Shown here in pieces: positions 11,398-22,636 of a stretch of 32,014 nt of DNA. The stretch is from the NCBI RefSeq assembly GCF_001194135.2, contig NC_068997.1:8247608-8279621 (forward strand). The letters are read 5' to 3'. The notes beneath the pieces are model-generated. The model was not told the DNA's origin, did not search any database, and saw only the letters and a program-made list of their open reading frames with translations. How positions within the stretch are numbered: position 1 is the first letter of the stretch; each line of letters opens with the position of its first letter. This DNA is from Octopus bimaculoides (lineage: Eukaryota). Both the position numbers and the translations under genes were made by a program.

Positions 11398-11877
11398 TAC
11401 ATAAATGGAAAAGTTCAGTATTAGTAGACTAATATATTAATCAGTCTTTCAGATATAGAACCACATCATTTCACCAATGAAATCATTAAGTTTCTGTTGA
11501 CTCCTATATTCCAGCAATATCGGCAAGAAGCATTATTTATATTATGCTTGTAGTAAGAGCTGATGCAATAAATATAGCCATGATATTGTGAAGATCTACA
11601 TAAAAAGAGAAAAAGAATCTATGTTTAAAAATAAATAGCTGTTTCTTTCTTGAATAAATTAAAGTTAATAATACTGGTGAATTTAGTATAAATTCAATTT
11701 TTCCTTGAAAGTAAAATGTATCTTAAACCAATTCTGAGTAAACTCAAGAAAAAAAAGAAAAAAGCAAGCAATAATTCAAAATAATTTTAAAAACATTGAA
11801 AGCAGCAAAAATAAAAGCATTAACCTATCAATTTAGAAAAAAACAAATAAGCTAAACTGAAATATATAAATAAAATC

Positions 11878-11980
11878 TCAATGAGTTTTGTGTTCTGGAT
11901 GGTTCATCAGAGAGTTAATAAATTCAGAGGTTTTCATTTTGCGTTGACAAATCAAATGGACAGCCACAAATATTGGGAAC
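11878..11980 (-). CDS. GPD1: GPD1 last coding exon (with TGA stop)
   Basis: tttcag|G TTC CCA..., phase 2. FPIFVAVHLICQRKMKTSEFINSLMNHPEHKTH* has the typical FP.F.AV...NHPEH C-terminus. Confidence 0.95.
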
Positions 11981-12094
11981 CTGAAAGAAATATAACTTCT
12001 GTGAATCATTCAGGAAAAGATTTGTTAATGCTTTAATCAATCTTAAATCCATAAATAAAACATGTTTATTTGAGATAAAAGAATAATTTTGTGG

Positions 12095-12465
12095 CTTAGA
12101 AGCTTGCTTTGCAACGGCATAGTTTCAGCTTCAGTCCCACTGTACATCACCTTGGGCAAGCGTCTTCTACTATAGCCCTGAGTCAATCAATGCCTTGTGA
12201 GTGGATTTGGTAGACGGAAACTGTGTGGAAGCCATCATGTGTATGTGCGTGCATGTGTGTGTGTGTGCGTGTATGTGAGTGTTTGAGTTTGTGTATGCTT
12301 CCTACCCAACCCTATTGCTTAGTGGTTTGGCAAAAGAGATCGATGGAATAAGTACCAGACATGGAAAATAAGTACTGGGGTTGATTTGTTAGACTAAACC
12401 CTTCACAGTGATGCTCCAGCATGGGCACAGTCAAGCAAGAGAAACAATTAAAAGATAAAAGATAA
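12095..12465 (+). mobile_element. Degenerate full-length SINE family B
   Basis: ttcagtcccactg...ccttgggcaagcgtcttctactatagcc...(TG)n...gctccagcatgg...(aaaagat)n tail. Lies in the last GPD1 intron. Confidence 0.8.
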
Positions 12466-12503
12466 AGAATTATTTCTTTGATGTTCAATTAGATGTGACT
12501 TAC

Positions 12504-12610
12504 TTTTCTACCATCTTTTTGGATTTCAAAATTTCAAAAACTGCTTTGGCTACTAAAGGTCCTTGAAAACTCTGACCTTTTAAAATCTCTTCCTCCAGTT
12601 CAATAAGGGT
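12504..12610 (-). CDS. GPD1: GPD1 coding exon 8
   Basis: ttaaag|ACC...AA|gtaagt, 107 nt, phase 0 to 2. TLIELEEEILKGQSFQGPLVAKAVFEILKSKKMVE(K). Confidence 0.95.
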
Positions 12611-13159
12611 CTTTAAAATAAAATCAGAAAGTTTACACTTTACATGTTGTAAAACACAGTTGTTACAAATGTGGTTATGTGAGTTGTGTATGATACTTGT
12701 GAATGTATTATGTCATAATTATACTGGAAATATAATGGTCATTCTAGATCATTCCAGGACCCTTCTTATAATGAAGAAATTAGAATAAAATGTAGTGTAA
12801 ATGAATGTGCTCTTTAATCTTAACTGAAATTTGATTTGTTCTTTAATTTGGCCACATTTATAAATAGGTATTCCAAGACTAGTAAAGGCTTCTTTAGAGT
12901 CATCATATCAAATTGCTCCTCTGCATTGTGAACTTTCACAATTTGCTCAACTATAACTTGTATCAATGTAGTCTTCTTTATTCCCTACTCTATATAGTCA
13001 GTTGTACCTCAAAATTCAATCATTTCCTTGTCCATTGCCTTTCTTTAGCAACCTCTCTTCTTTTGCTTCCAAACATCTACATCCTATAACCTTATCTGGT
13101 TCTCCAGCCTAGTGGAGCCCAAAAAACCAAAATTACTGCTTTTCTCCATTAGTTTAGAC

Positions 13160-13411
13160 TAATGGTTCTCAGCCAGGGTCCATATGGCTCCTGAAGGCCC
13201 ATAAAAGATTTTTGGGGGTTCACACAACAAAATAGTAAACTGGGGATCCACAATAGTATTTTAAGGGCCCCTGAAAAGATTTTGCTTTAGTTGTATGTGT
13301 TGGTTATTGTATTGCAAACTAGTGTTTAAACATCAAATAGCTTTAGGGATCCCCTAGAATAAAATAGTAATCAAAAGGGGTCTATGCGTGAAAAATGTTT
13401 GAGAACCCCTG
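13160..13411. mobile_element. hAT/Charlie-type MITE
   Basis: Ends taatggttctcagcc / gtttgagaacccctg. Flanking 8-mers GTTTAGAC (13152-13159) and CTCTAGAC (13412-13419) resemble the Charlie NTCTAGAN target duplication. Confidence 0.75.
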
Positions 13412-14105
13412 CTCTAGACCAAGAAAAAAAAGAAAGTAAGTTGTCTGCATAAGTTTGTGTATTTAAGCCGTGGCCTGGTTCACAGTTAATTAAAATTATG
13501 TGTTATAAAATTAAAATTATAAAACTTCAAAAACAATTTAAAAAAAAAAAACAAGAAAACCAATGCTCTTTTCTAGTGTGGAGATTGGCTGAATTGGTCT
13601 CTCACTCTATAAGCAGCAGCAGTTTCCAGCCAAACAACCACATGTGTGTGTGTGTGTGTGTGAAACATGGGTCAAACTCCAGATGCTACCCACAAAAACT
13701 GGTGGCAAAGTACCATGGTGAGATGAAACAAATAGGATTCTAAGTTACCCTGATGTAATAAGCAAGAAAGAAATATGGCCAGGAATCCCTCATTTGCACC
13801 TGAATGTGTGATTTGTAGTGGAAACATTAAAATGTAACCACGTAAAAGATCATCACACAAAGCAAATCAATAGCAGACTAAGTTTCTTACGGTACTTAGT
13901 TATGTCCCTTCATGTTCTACGTTTGGATGCAAAGAGAGACTGAGGAATTTCCCATAGATCAATAAAATAAGTACACAGAAAAGTACTACTACTGAAGATA
14001 AAATCCCCTACGCTCTCTCCCTTCCAGATCAGAATTCCTTTTGTTCCTCATCAGTGAGAAGTGAGTGTGTTTTGTCTATTTACCTTTTAAAACACTTTCC
14101 TTCCT

Positions 14106-14324
14106 CAAGCGAGTGCTGAAAAATTCCTGGTTTTAAGGGTGTTGGGAAAGACCTGGTTGGATGCCCAACCTTCCGAGTTCTTTTACAGGGCTTAGGAAAA
14201 CTGAAGGACCACTGAAATAAGTGCATGAATCTGAGAGGGGGAAGATGTTGAATGAAATCATAATCAACTGATCCACACTTGTATTTTCTGTTATCCAAAG
14301 CCAGGAACTTTCCAGCACCCCTCA
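14106..14324. mobile_element. Tc1/mariner-type MITE
   Basis: Inverted ends GTGCTGAAAAATTCCTGGTTTT (14113-14134) and aaagccaggaactttccagcacccctca (14297-14324) match 19/22 in the core. TA follows the right end. Confidence 0.7.
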
Positions 14325-15188
14325 TATGTACCCAATCACACAATGACATGACTGTCAATTTCAATGTTGATGGTAACAAAACTCCAGAACAGAAACCATG
14401 TGAGAACAATAACAGTATGATCTTGGAAACAATTATGAAGAAGATCACCAACAAATCTGTCCTCTCGAATCAAAGGATTGTTATTCCTAGTCAGACTTTG
14501 CTTTTTTTTTTGTGTGTCTCAAGAAATATTGAAATCAGTCTCTTAAGGTAGGTGTCAACATTGAGACATCCTGTTTCTTTTATGAATAGCCTTACTGTTT
14601 AGCAGTAGGCAACCACTCACAGATATTTCCAAATAACATAGGATTGATTAACTGAAAATATTGTTCACAGCAGAGCATCTTATAAACAAAAGTTTTCATT
14701 TCGTTTTGTTTCTTTTTATTTTGCTTGTCTAAAATAAACTTTCAGATGCTACACAGACCTTCTTGGAATATAAACAAACTTGTATTTGAGGATAGATTGA
14801 TTTCTAAAACTTAGAAAAGAGACTTGCATACTTTATAGTCACTAATGTACCTTTAAACCCAGACAACAGAACTTACAAGGAAGGTACATCAAGTAATCAC
14901 AAGTTTTCAAAGGCATTGGTCAATGAATGCAATAGAAACAACTTATAATGATAATATTCTGTAAAAAAATAAACTTTTATCCTTATGGCTATGACGTTAC
15001 CATTGTAATGATGCCTTAGTAAATATAACTAACATATATGTTTAAATATTCAATATTTCAAGGTTTCATTAGGTAAATAAAGTATGGGGATCTTCAAATT
15101 TAAATGTATTTCATGCAAATGAAGTGTCTGGTTATATGTTTAGGATTCAACTTTGAATAAATATTCAAATATCTAAAAGAATTATTAA

Positions 15189-15400
15189 TCCTTTAGCATT
15201 CAATTTATTCTATCCAATTTAATGCTTATTTATTCCATTGTTTTGAATCACTCATGCATCATCTCATAGGTGTGAGATATAAAAAAAAAATGCAACTGCT
15301 CCTTTTTTTTTTTTAGACATTGCAGGGTAAGTATGGGAGACCAGATCTGGCTGGTTTGAACATAAAACAGAATATTTTGGCCAGTTTAAATGATAAAGGG
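15189..15400. mobile_element. piggyBac-type MITE (degenerate)
   Basis: TTAA|tcctttagcatt ... aatgataaaggg|CTAA. 10/12 TIR match, TTAA-like flanks. Confidence 0.65.
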
Positions 15401-15547
15401 CTAAATATACTTAATGTAAAAGTTGATATAATCTATGAGAAATACAAATAATTAGTTTGTTCTTTACTAATCAATTAATCAATATAAAAACAGTGTAAAT
15501 ATTACAAGAAACATTCAATAAAGATAATTATAGATGAAATAGTATAC

Positions 15548-15657
15548 CTTATTAGAGTACACAAGAGCTTCTCCTAATTTCCTATTTCGTCCACCATGAC
15601 AGGTAGTTACTAGATCAGCGAGGCCACAACTTTCAAAATATGTTCTCAAATTTGACT
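15548..15657 (-). CDS. GPD1: GPD1 coding exon 7 (second half of human exon 6)
   Basis: tcttag|AG...AAG|gtatac, 110 nt, phase 1 to 0. (E)[36 protein letters not shown] carries the ESCG.ADL.TTC.GGRN signature. Confidence 0.96.
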
Positions 15658-16037
15658 CTAAGAAGAGAAACAATTTATTTCAATAATTGTTTAAGTCATT
15701 GCCAAAATCAAATAATGTTAATTAGCAATAATAATTTAAGTCTTTGTAAATTATAGTTGTTTTAGTAAGACTATGTTCTTAAACTATTATCCAATCTTTA
15801 TTATGGAAATCATCAAACAATAAGGATATTTAAAAGAGAAATTGAGATACGTCAAATTTTAAATCAATACTGGTTTATAACAATATTTACATGGGAATAG
15901 ATCCTATAAGAGTCTATTTTAAAATTTAACATTGGAGAAGAGAATGTGAGCTAACGGCTTGTAAGGTAGCATTACAGAGAGTAAAAAAAAAATGAGAGTA
16001 ACACTTAAACTTTTCAGAAAATACAAATACATGTCAA

Positions 16038-16259
16038 CTCTTTCGTTACCAACCCAGCTGGAACCAGTTCTGGCTCTGTGGTACAAATGTCTTGTTTTCA
16101 TAAGCTTTGAATTAAAATCTTCCACCAAACCTTAGTCACAATTTATGTACCTAACATTAGGTGAATGGTAACTAAGTTATTTTACTAAATTCTTTGTTAT
16201 ATTTAAAATTAATTGAAAGAAACACAGAGCATCTCAACAGAAATAGGGTAACAAAAGGG
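16038..16259. mobile_element. piggyBac-type MITE
   Basis: TCAA|ctctttcgttacc ... ggtaacaaaaggg|TTAA. CCCT-type TIR and TTAA-like target duplication. Confidence 0.7.
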
Positions 16260-16735
16260 TTAAAACTATAACTGCACATCTGGATTAAAACCATTTGAAA
16301 TAAAGAACTGCTGTTTACTGTTGTTACTGAACAATGGTAGGAGAACGGACAGAAAAGATGAGTAGAGCACTGGACAAAATAAATATTTGGTTACGTCCCT
16401 TTAAGTTAGGTGCTCAAATTTGGCAAAGGTCAACTCTGCTTTTTCCCCTTTTTAGGCGTCAAACAAAATAAAGTAGCAGTCAAATGCAAAGATTGATTGA
16501 ATCAATTATATAATTTCCACCAAATATGTAATCTTGTGGCTACGTGAGAAACCATTAGAAAATAATAGTCTTGAGATCCAAATTGTTTGGTGTGTTAACT
16601 CATGAGCTCAATATATCAAATAGGGTCTGATTCTGAATAGAGTATGTTAAAGACACTTTTATTTGGTCGACACCAAATAAATAAAAGTTGCCTTTTAGAA
16701 GATTTAGACAAATAACTGCAGTGAATTTTCAGCAT

Positions 16736-16925
16736 TCATCATCACCATTTAGTGTCCATTTTCCATTCTGGCATGGGTTAGACAGTTTGTACTGGTAAGC
16801 TGAAGAGTTGCACCAGGTTCCATAGTCTGTTTTTGGTTTAGTTTTTATGGCCGGATGCCCTTCCTAACGCCGACCACTCTACAGAATGTGCTGGACGCCT
16901 TTCACATGGCATCAGTATGGGTACC
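16736..16925 (-). mobile_element. Family A LINE 3' end
   Basis: ggatgcccttcctaacgccgaccactc and (CAT)n tail. Confidence 0.75.
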
Positions 16926-17299
16926 TTTTATGTGTCACCACACTTTATAAATGTAGACTGACAACTATAGTGGTACTGAACGAATTCTTGAATTAGGTAA
17001 TTTGTATAACAACAATTGATTGATGGATATTTAAAGACAGAAGACACAAAAGCACTTGTAGCACTAAACCTACAGAATGGCAGATTTGTATATTAATTTC
17101 ATGTCAAGGAACAATTCAAATATTAAGATATCAAATCTACAAATAAATGTACTTATTTTCATTTTTTGACAGAATATATAGCAGATCACATAGAAAAAAA
17201 AAACAAGGATTAATTTAATAATCATTATTACAGAAGATTTGTAAATGATACAACATCAACAATAGAGTCTATATTTATTGGGCAATTTGAATACTACAT

Positions 17300-17490
17300 T
17301 AGAATCCCAAGCAAAATGCTTAGTAGTGTTTCATTTGTCTTTACAGTCTGAGTTCAAATTCCATTGAAGTTGACTTTACCTTTCATCCTTTTGGGGTTGA
17401 TATAATAAATACCATCCGAGTATTGGAGTCTCTGTAATCAACGTACCCATTTCTCGAAAATTGCTGGACTTGTCCCAAAATCTGAAATCA
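17300..17490 (+). mobile_element. Degenerate SINE family D
   Basis: caaaatgcttagtagt...gagttcaaattcc...gttgactttacctttcatcc...ggacttgtccc. Confidence 0.65.
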
Positions 17491-17552
17491 ATATTATTCA
17501 TTTTCTTTTCCAGAAATACCATTAACTATAATAAAAACAAAATAATTCTTAC

Positions 17553-17673
17553 CTTTAAAAAAGAAATCGATGAATTCTATAATTTCCAACATGCCAAGTC
17601 TGACAATTGCGGCTTTGGTATTATCCCCCATTTTATGGCCATCACCAATGCCTGCACCGACAGCGACTACATT
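17553..17673 (-). CDS. GPD1: GPD1 coding exon 6 (first half of human exon 6)
   Basis: ctgtag|AAT...AAAG|gtaaga, 121 nt, phase 0 to 1. [40 protein letters not shown]. Confidence 0.96.
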
Positions 17674-18058
17674 CTACAGTGAAAGCAACAGCATACATGA
17701 TATTAGAATGTATATGACATTAGAATATATAAATGCATGCAGACACACACGCACACAGAAACCAAAATCTTAAAATTGTTGACAAATATATAACCAAGCC
17801 TGACCTATTATGAACATATTCTCATCTATATATTCAATAATTCCATAAAAACATATATACAAACATCCCTATATAAACAAAAATGCTTTCTTATTTCTAG
17901 AAATGCAATTATATTATAAATTAGAAGAAGAATTAAATGTGGAACTAAATGTTGAATATTGTAACGACTGATGAACTGGAATGCCGTTTAATCTGTCAAT
18001 ATTAATCAAATCAGGTAAGTCAACTAATTAAAATGCATTGAAGCAATTGTCAGTTTAC

Positions 18059-18171
18059 CTTTAATGCCCCACAAGCTTCAACTGTTGCAGCATCTTCAAC
18101 AACTGAGCATCGGAAATAAGTTGTATCAAACAAATTTTTCATTAAAAGCCCTACTTCTTTTTTTTTGCAAC
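18059..18171 (-). CDS. GPD1: GPD1 coding exon 5
   Basis: ttccag|GT...AAG|gtaaac, 113 nt, phase 1 to 0. (G)[37 protein letters not shown] ends in the catalytic CGALK lysine (human K204). Confidence 0.96.
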
Positions 18172-18927
18172 CTGGAAAATATCAACAAATTTTTAAATTG
18201 TTTTTTTTTTTACTTCTTGGATTCACTTAAATCTATTTGAGAATGGTTTTTTATTTGTTTTCTTTTCTTTTCTTTCGTCCCCCACCACCACCACCACCAC
18301 ACCAGGCTTTTTATTTCTTTGAAGACAAGCTTAGAGTTTTAAGGAAATGCTTAAGTAAGTTAATTGAGTAATTGTGCTTAATTATTCTGTAGGCAGAAAT
18401 ATATGATTAGAGGCTTGTAGCTCCAAGTTCACAAATGACAATAACCTGCCAAATGTACCAGCTAAACCCAAAATCATAAGAGTGAAAATGTACTACCTTT
18501 CACACCATTCAAAATGGGACAAGGGAAAAAATCAATATCTTTTGCTTTCGTCCATTTGAAACGGTTACTAGACAAAGAAAAGCTTACATAAAATAGTGCC
18601 TCAATTATGAGTTCACAACCCAATTTTACAAATAAGATTTCTTACACCAGCACAAAGCCTCAAATTTAAAAGGTAGGAGATGAAATTATTGTTACATTCA
18701 TGATTTTCTTAAAATATTAGTGATGTTAGTAAAGTGAGATGGGCTTAGCCAGAAACTGAAACAGGGTTCTAGATTTAGTGCATTGGGTGCATAGCTCTTA
18801 TTTTGGTGTATTCAACAAAGAATAAAGATCAGAATTAATAGAAATGAATAAGAAAGTAGGTATAAAAATGTATAGATCAATATAGAAAGCTCGATATAAA
18901 GATATTAGAATGAAATATACATCATTA

Positions 18928-18959
<32 letters not shown>

Positions 18960-18969
18960 ACATACATAG

Positions 18970-20632
18970 ATATTAGTTCAGCCTGAGGATGAAGGGCCTG
19001 TTGGGGAGCCTGCAGTGGCTGTGGGTGAGGCACAAGTCGCTCAGGTTGAGAGCCAGAAGTCTCAGAACCCATGTCCCCATATGGAGGACTACTTTGTCCT
19101 TACGTCAAGGGATAAGAGGAACGCCAAAATCCTGTACTTCCGATGCGTCATGTGCCAGCCCAAGGAGATCACCATCAAGGGACAAGTGACGAGCCTCTAC
19201 AACTTGAAGTCACATGCCAAGAGGAAACACCCAGCCTATGCCATCCAGTTTGAGGAAAGGATCAAGGCCGGCTCTTCCCGTGGGAAACATAGGCAATCTT
19301 CTGGTAGCAGTGCTAGTAACCAGTCGTCGCAACCATGCGTAAAGAAAGCACGCCAGCCCAGCATTGGCGAGGCGTTTGACCAAACTGCTGGCACTGGCGT
19401 CCATCAGTCTATGGGGGACAGAAGGATTGTAGACCTGTTTGTTGACAACATGCTACCGCTGCATGTGGTGGAGTCTCCCACCTTGGTCACCTTTTTTTAG
19501 TAGGCTTTGATCATACTCTGCGTCAGTTTATATATAGTGACAGTGAATTATTTCCTTGTTGGTTTTAAATTGTTGCTAGCCACCTTAATTATTTTATAAT
19601 TTTCACACTGCCATTTTGTGTGATCAGTCACTGATTCCAATGGCATTCTCCATGATACTGACAGGGTGAGTTGGCCTCTACTGGCTGTGGTGAAGTGGGC
19701 ATTACTGATGAGTGGAGCACCAGCTGGCCGCTGCCTTCCACCCCAAGTTTCACCTGTTCCGACTGGAGTACTATAATAACAACCAGGTTAGCAGAGTAAT
19801 GAACACCATGGACACCACGTCATAGAGGCAGCCCTAATGGAGACCAATGAGGAGGGCAGCAGTACCACCAGCAATGAGGATGAGGAAGATGATTTCTTCA
19901 GCAACATCACTCGATTCCAGGAGAGCAGGAGCTACAGGTGCAGAACTTGATGAAGATCTGGCTGGAGGCCATCTCAAATGAGGTCCTCACTGAAGTATCC
20001 TTTTTGGGTGAGCAGGTCTTGATCAACCTATACACCAAGTATAACACCACTATACCATCCAGTGCTGCAGTTGAGTACCTATTCTGTATAGGCAAAGATA
20101 TTTTGAGGGCCAAGAGAGTCACCTTGTCAGATGGTAACTTTGAGATTCTGATGTCTATGAAGGGCAACCAGCATCACATTGAGGCAATGGGGAAGGCCCA
20201 GCCAGAATGGTACACCTTAGTCATCAGCCGACCTTGGCATGATACCTATGCTATACTATACCTTTTTGATTCATCTAATACCTTTTGTACAGTAAATAAA
20301 AACACTAATGTTTAATTTCATTTGTTCGTTTAATTGTTTGCATACACCTTGATCATCATCTGATCTTGGCATGTTATACCCTTTTGGAGAGCTCTATGTC
20401 TAAGCTACAACATGAAAATTTCAGCTCTCTAGGCCTGTTTTTAGGGGTTTTAGAGCTCCCAAACCAAACCGAAACTAAATTCATATGATAAAAATTAGCA
20501 GTTACCATTTAGTGTTAGCTTCCACTAATGTTTTTCCTTGTTTAGTGGTTTAGCATTTGCAAAGTTAACTTTCTTAGTCAGTGGATTAGCAGTTAGCAAA
20601 GCTAACTTTTTTGTTAGCTGTACTTAGCCCTG
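18970..20632 (+). mobile_element. Internally deleted hAT DNA transposon (BED finger and dimerisation domain retained)
   Basis: 18970-19500 open frame with CxxC...HxxxxH BED finger (RCVMCQ...LKSHAKRKHP) and DNMLPLHVVESP. From about 19720, LAAAFHPKF (frameshifted), then LYTKYNTTIPSSAAVEYLFCIGKDILRAKRVTLSDGNFE, the hAT dimerisation domain. Repeated GTTAGC subterminal motifs at 20495-20620. Confidence 0.9.
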
Positions 20633-21719
20633 GAAACTGAGATATTACACATGCACACTCACACCTTTTAGGCAGTGGGTTTTTATGACCTTTCAGTTAA
20701 TTGAAGCTAAAATAAGACAGTTTTTACAAGCTGGAAGACATTAAAATAACTACAAACATACAAACATTGTTTCTCTTTGTGTTTGACCTTTGATTCTTGG
20801 ATTGAATGGAATGAAAGCAGGAAAGTTTAGCAGTGAAATATTACTTATTTAAAATGGTAGTATTATCCATTTAGGGGAACAAAAATACAAATGAATAAAT
20901 ATAATTTACAAGGGACACAGTTACAAAACATAAGTTAGAACTAAGCAGGAATAGAGGAAAAGAAAATGGGAACAAGGCGCAGAAATGAGTATTAAAAACT
21001 TAAGGATAAAATTAGATAAATAAATTTTAGTAAGCTATAATACTTTGTTTTAGATATCATATTGTCATACCCTTTTCCTGTATCAGCGACAATGGATGTG
21101 ATAACCTGGTAAATTTTAACAATAACAAGATATTACTTATTATAAAGAAAAAAAAAAGGGACTATAACACTGTGTCACTTCTTATGAACAGCTCCATATT
21201 AAGTAATTTGCTTATTGCTTATTCTTACAACTGCATCAGGATGATGCTGAATAATCAAATTTATTTAAGTTAAAAACTGCCTTCTTATACTAACAGTGTA
21301 TACCAAATGTGTATCTTGTATTTTAAACCAGGAAAGCTTTTTTTTTATTCAAATGTCAGTCAGTAAAATATGATATTAAGTAACCAATGGATAAATACTT
21401 TCTCAGGCATAAAAATGAGAATTGTTCACATTTGTAAAAAGGTCTTTTAAACTATAACCTCTTTTTTATGTTGTGAGCTCTGTCAACCTCTACTATTACT
21501 GCACTGGTCTCAAGTTTGCTTCACTTCTCTTCAATACTGCTCTCTACACAAGTTAATCATGGACTCTCTATACAGTTGATCAATCTGTTACAATTAGTAG
21601 CAGTCAAACATCCTCAACTCATCCTAAAAATGGAAGGACATAGGATGATGTAGTCCTAGATATTGTTGTTGGTATTATTATGTATTGTCCTCTCATTCTT
21701 TGCCCTACTGTCAAAAGAA

Positions 21720-21720
<1 letters not shown>

Positions 21721-21779
<59 letters not shown>

Positions 21780-22030
21780 GTTCAGTAGTTTTATTTTTAT
21801 AACGTGCTTTCACTTCACTACCGAGCGCAGCTCTGTGTGCCTTGGGTATGTGCTGTGGTTTGCTGTGATGCTCTTATGGTTACTGTTTTGCATATTATTT
21901 AGTGAGAGAGTGTTTTGCGTAGGATGTGTGCAGTGCCCAGTAGTGCAATTTTCTGTATCTTATATATATTTGTAAGTCCTGCTGTTTTTGTTATGCATTA
22001 TTACTATTATCATTATTATTGTTATTATTG
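21721..22030 (-). mobile_element. 5'-truncated R4/Dong-like non-LTR element embedded in (TAA)n
   Basis: Minus frame IQKIALLGTAHILRKTLS is the typical C-terminus of R4/Dong-clade REL-endonuclease ORFs. A 3' UTR and (AAT)n runs lie on both sides. Confidence 0.7.
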
Positions 22031-22123
22031 AGTAAGAGAGCAGTGCATGCCATCAAAGTGCCACTGGGGTAAAATGTCGTCGTCATCATTATTATTATTA
22101 TTATTATCATTATTATTATTATT

Positions 22124-22322
22124 AAAGTGGTGAGTTGGCAGAACCGTTAGCAAACCAGACAAAATGCTTTGTGGCATTTAGCCTGGTTGGGTTCAAATTC
22201 CACTGAGGTTGACTTTGCTTTTCATTCTTTCAAGGTTAAGAAAAAGCAAGTATCATTTGAGTACTGGGGTTGATGTAATCAAGTTCCCCCTCCCTGCAAA
22301 ATTTCAGGCCTTGTGCCTATAA
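22124..22322 (+). mobile_element. tRNA-derived SINE family D
   Basis: gtggtgagttggcagaaccgttagc...gggttcaaattcc (B-box)...ggccttgtgcct. Confidence 0.8.
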
Positions 22323-22446
22323 TAAATAGGATTATTATAATTCTGCTAAGAAACACATTTTATTGTAACTTTTCTGTAACTCAAAAGTAAAGTTAATTGG
22401 GTTAAAAGAGTTGGTGGAGTTTCCCTTTTTTACAGTTTATAGAGAC

Positions 22447-22546
22447 TGTGTGTCCATGCGTGAGTGTGTGCATGCTTGTGTATGTGTTTGTGTATGTGTG
22501 TCTGTGTGTGTGTTTATGTCTGTGTGTTTGTGTGTGTGCTTGTGTA

Positions 22547-22633
<87 letters not shown>
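22447..22633. repeat. Compound (TG)n(AG)n microsatellite
   Basis: Direct reading. Confidence 0.95.

Positions 22634-22636
<3 letters not shown>

Noticed and set aside
11450-11600. Exon-like frames: minus DLHNIMAIFIASALTTSII* (possible alternative GPD1 tail) and plus DIEPHHFTNEIIKFLLTPIFQQYRQEALFILCL*
   Set aside because: The minus frame needs a phase-1 donor that the last two GPD1 exons do not offer. The plus frame has no recognisable homology or partner exon.
14080-14454. 124-aa minus-strand ORF ending at a GT donor, and the overlapping 90-aa plus ORF
   Set aside because: Most of it lies within a mariner-type MITE with recognisable inverted ends. No protein family is recognisable.
21068-21106. 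35-nt minus-strand exon-like segment (VITSIVADTGK)
   Set aside because: No similarity to GPD1 exon 4, and the phases (0 to 2) do not bridge exons 3 and 5.
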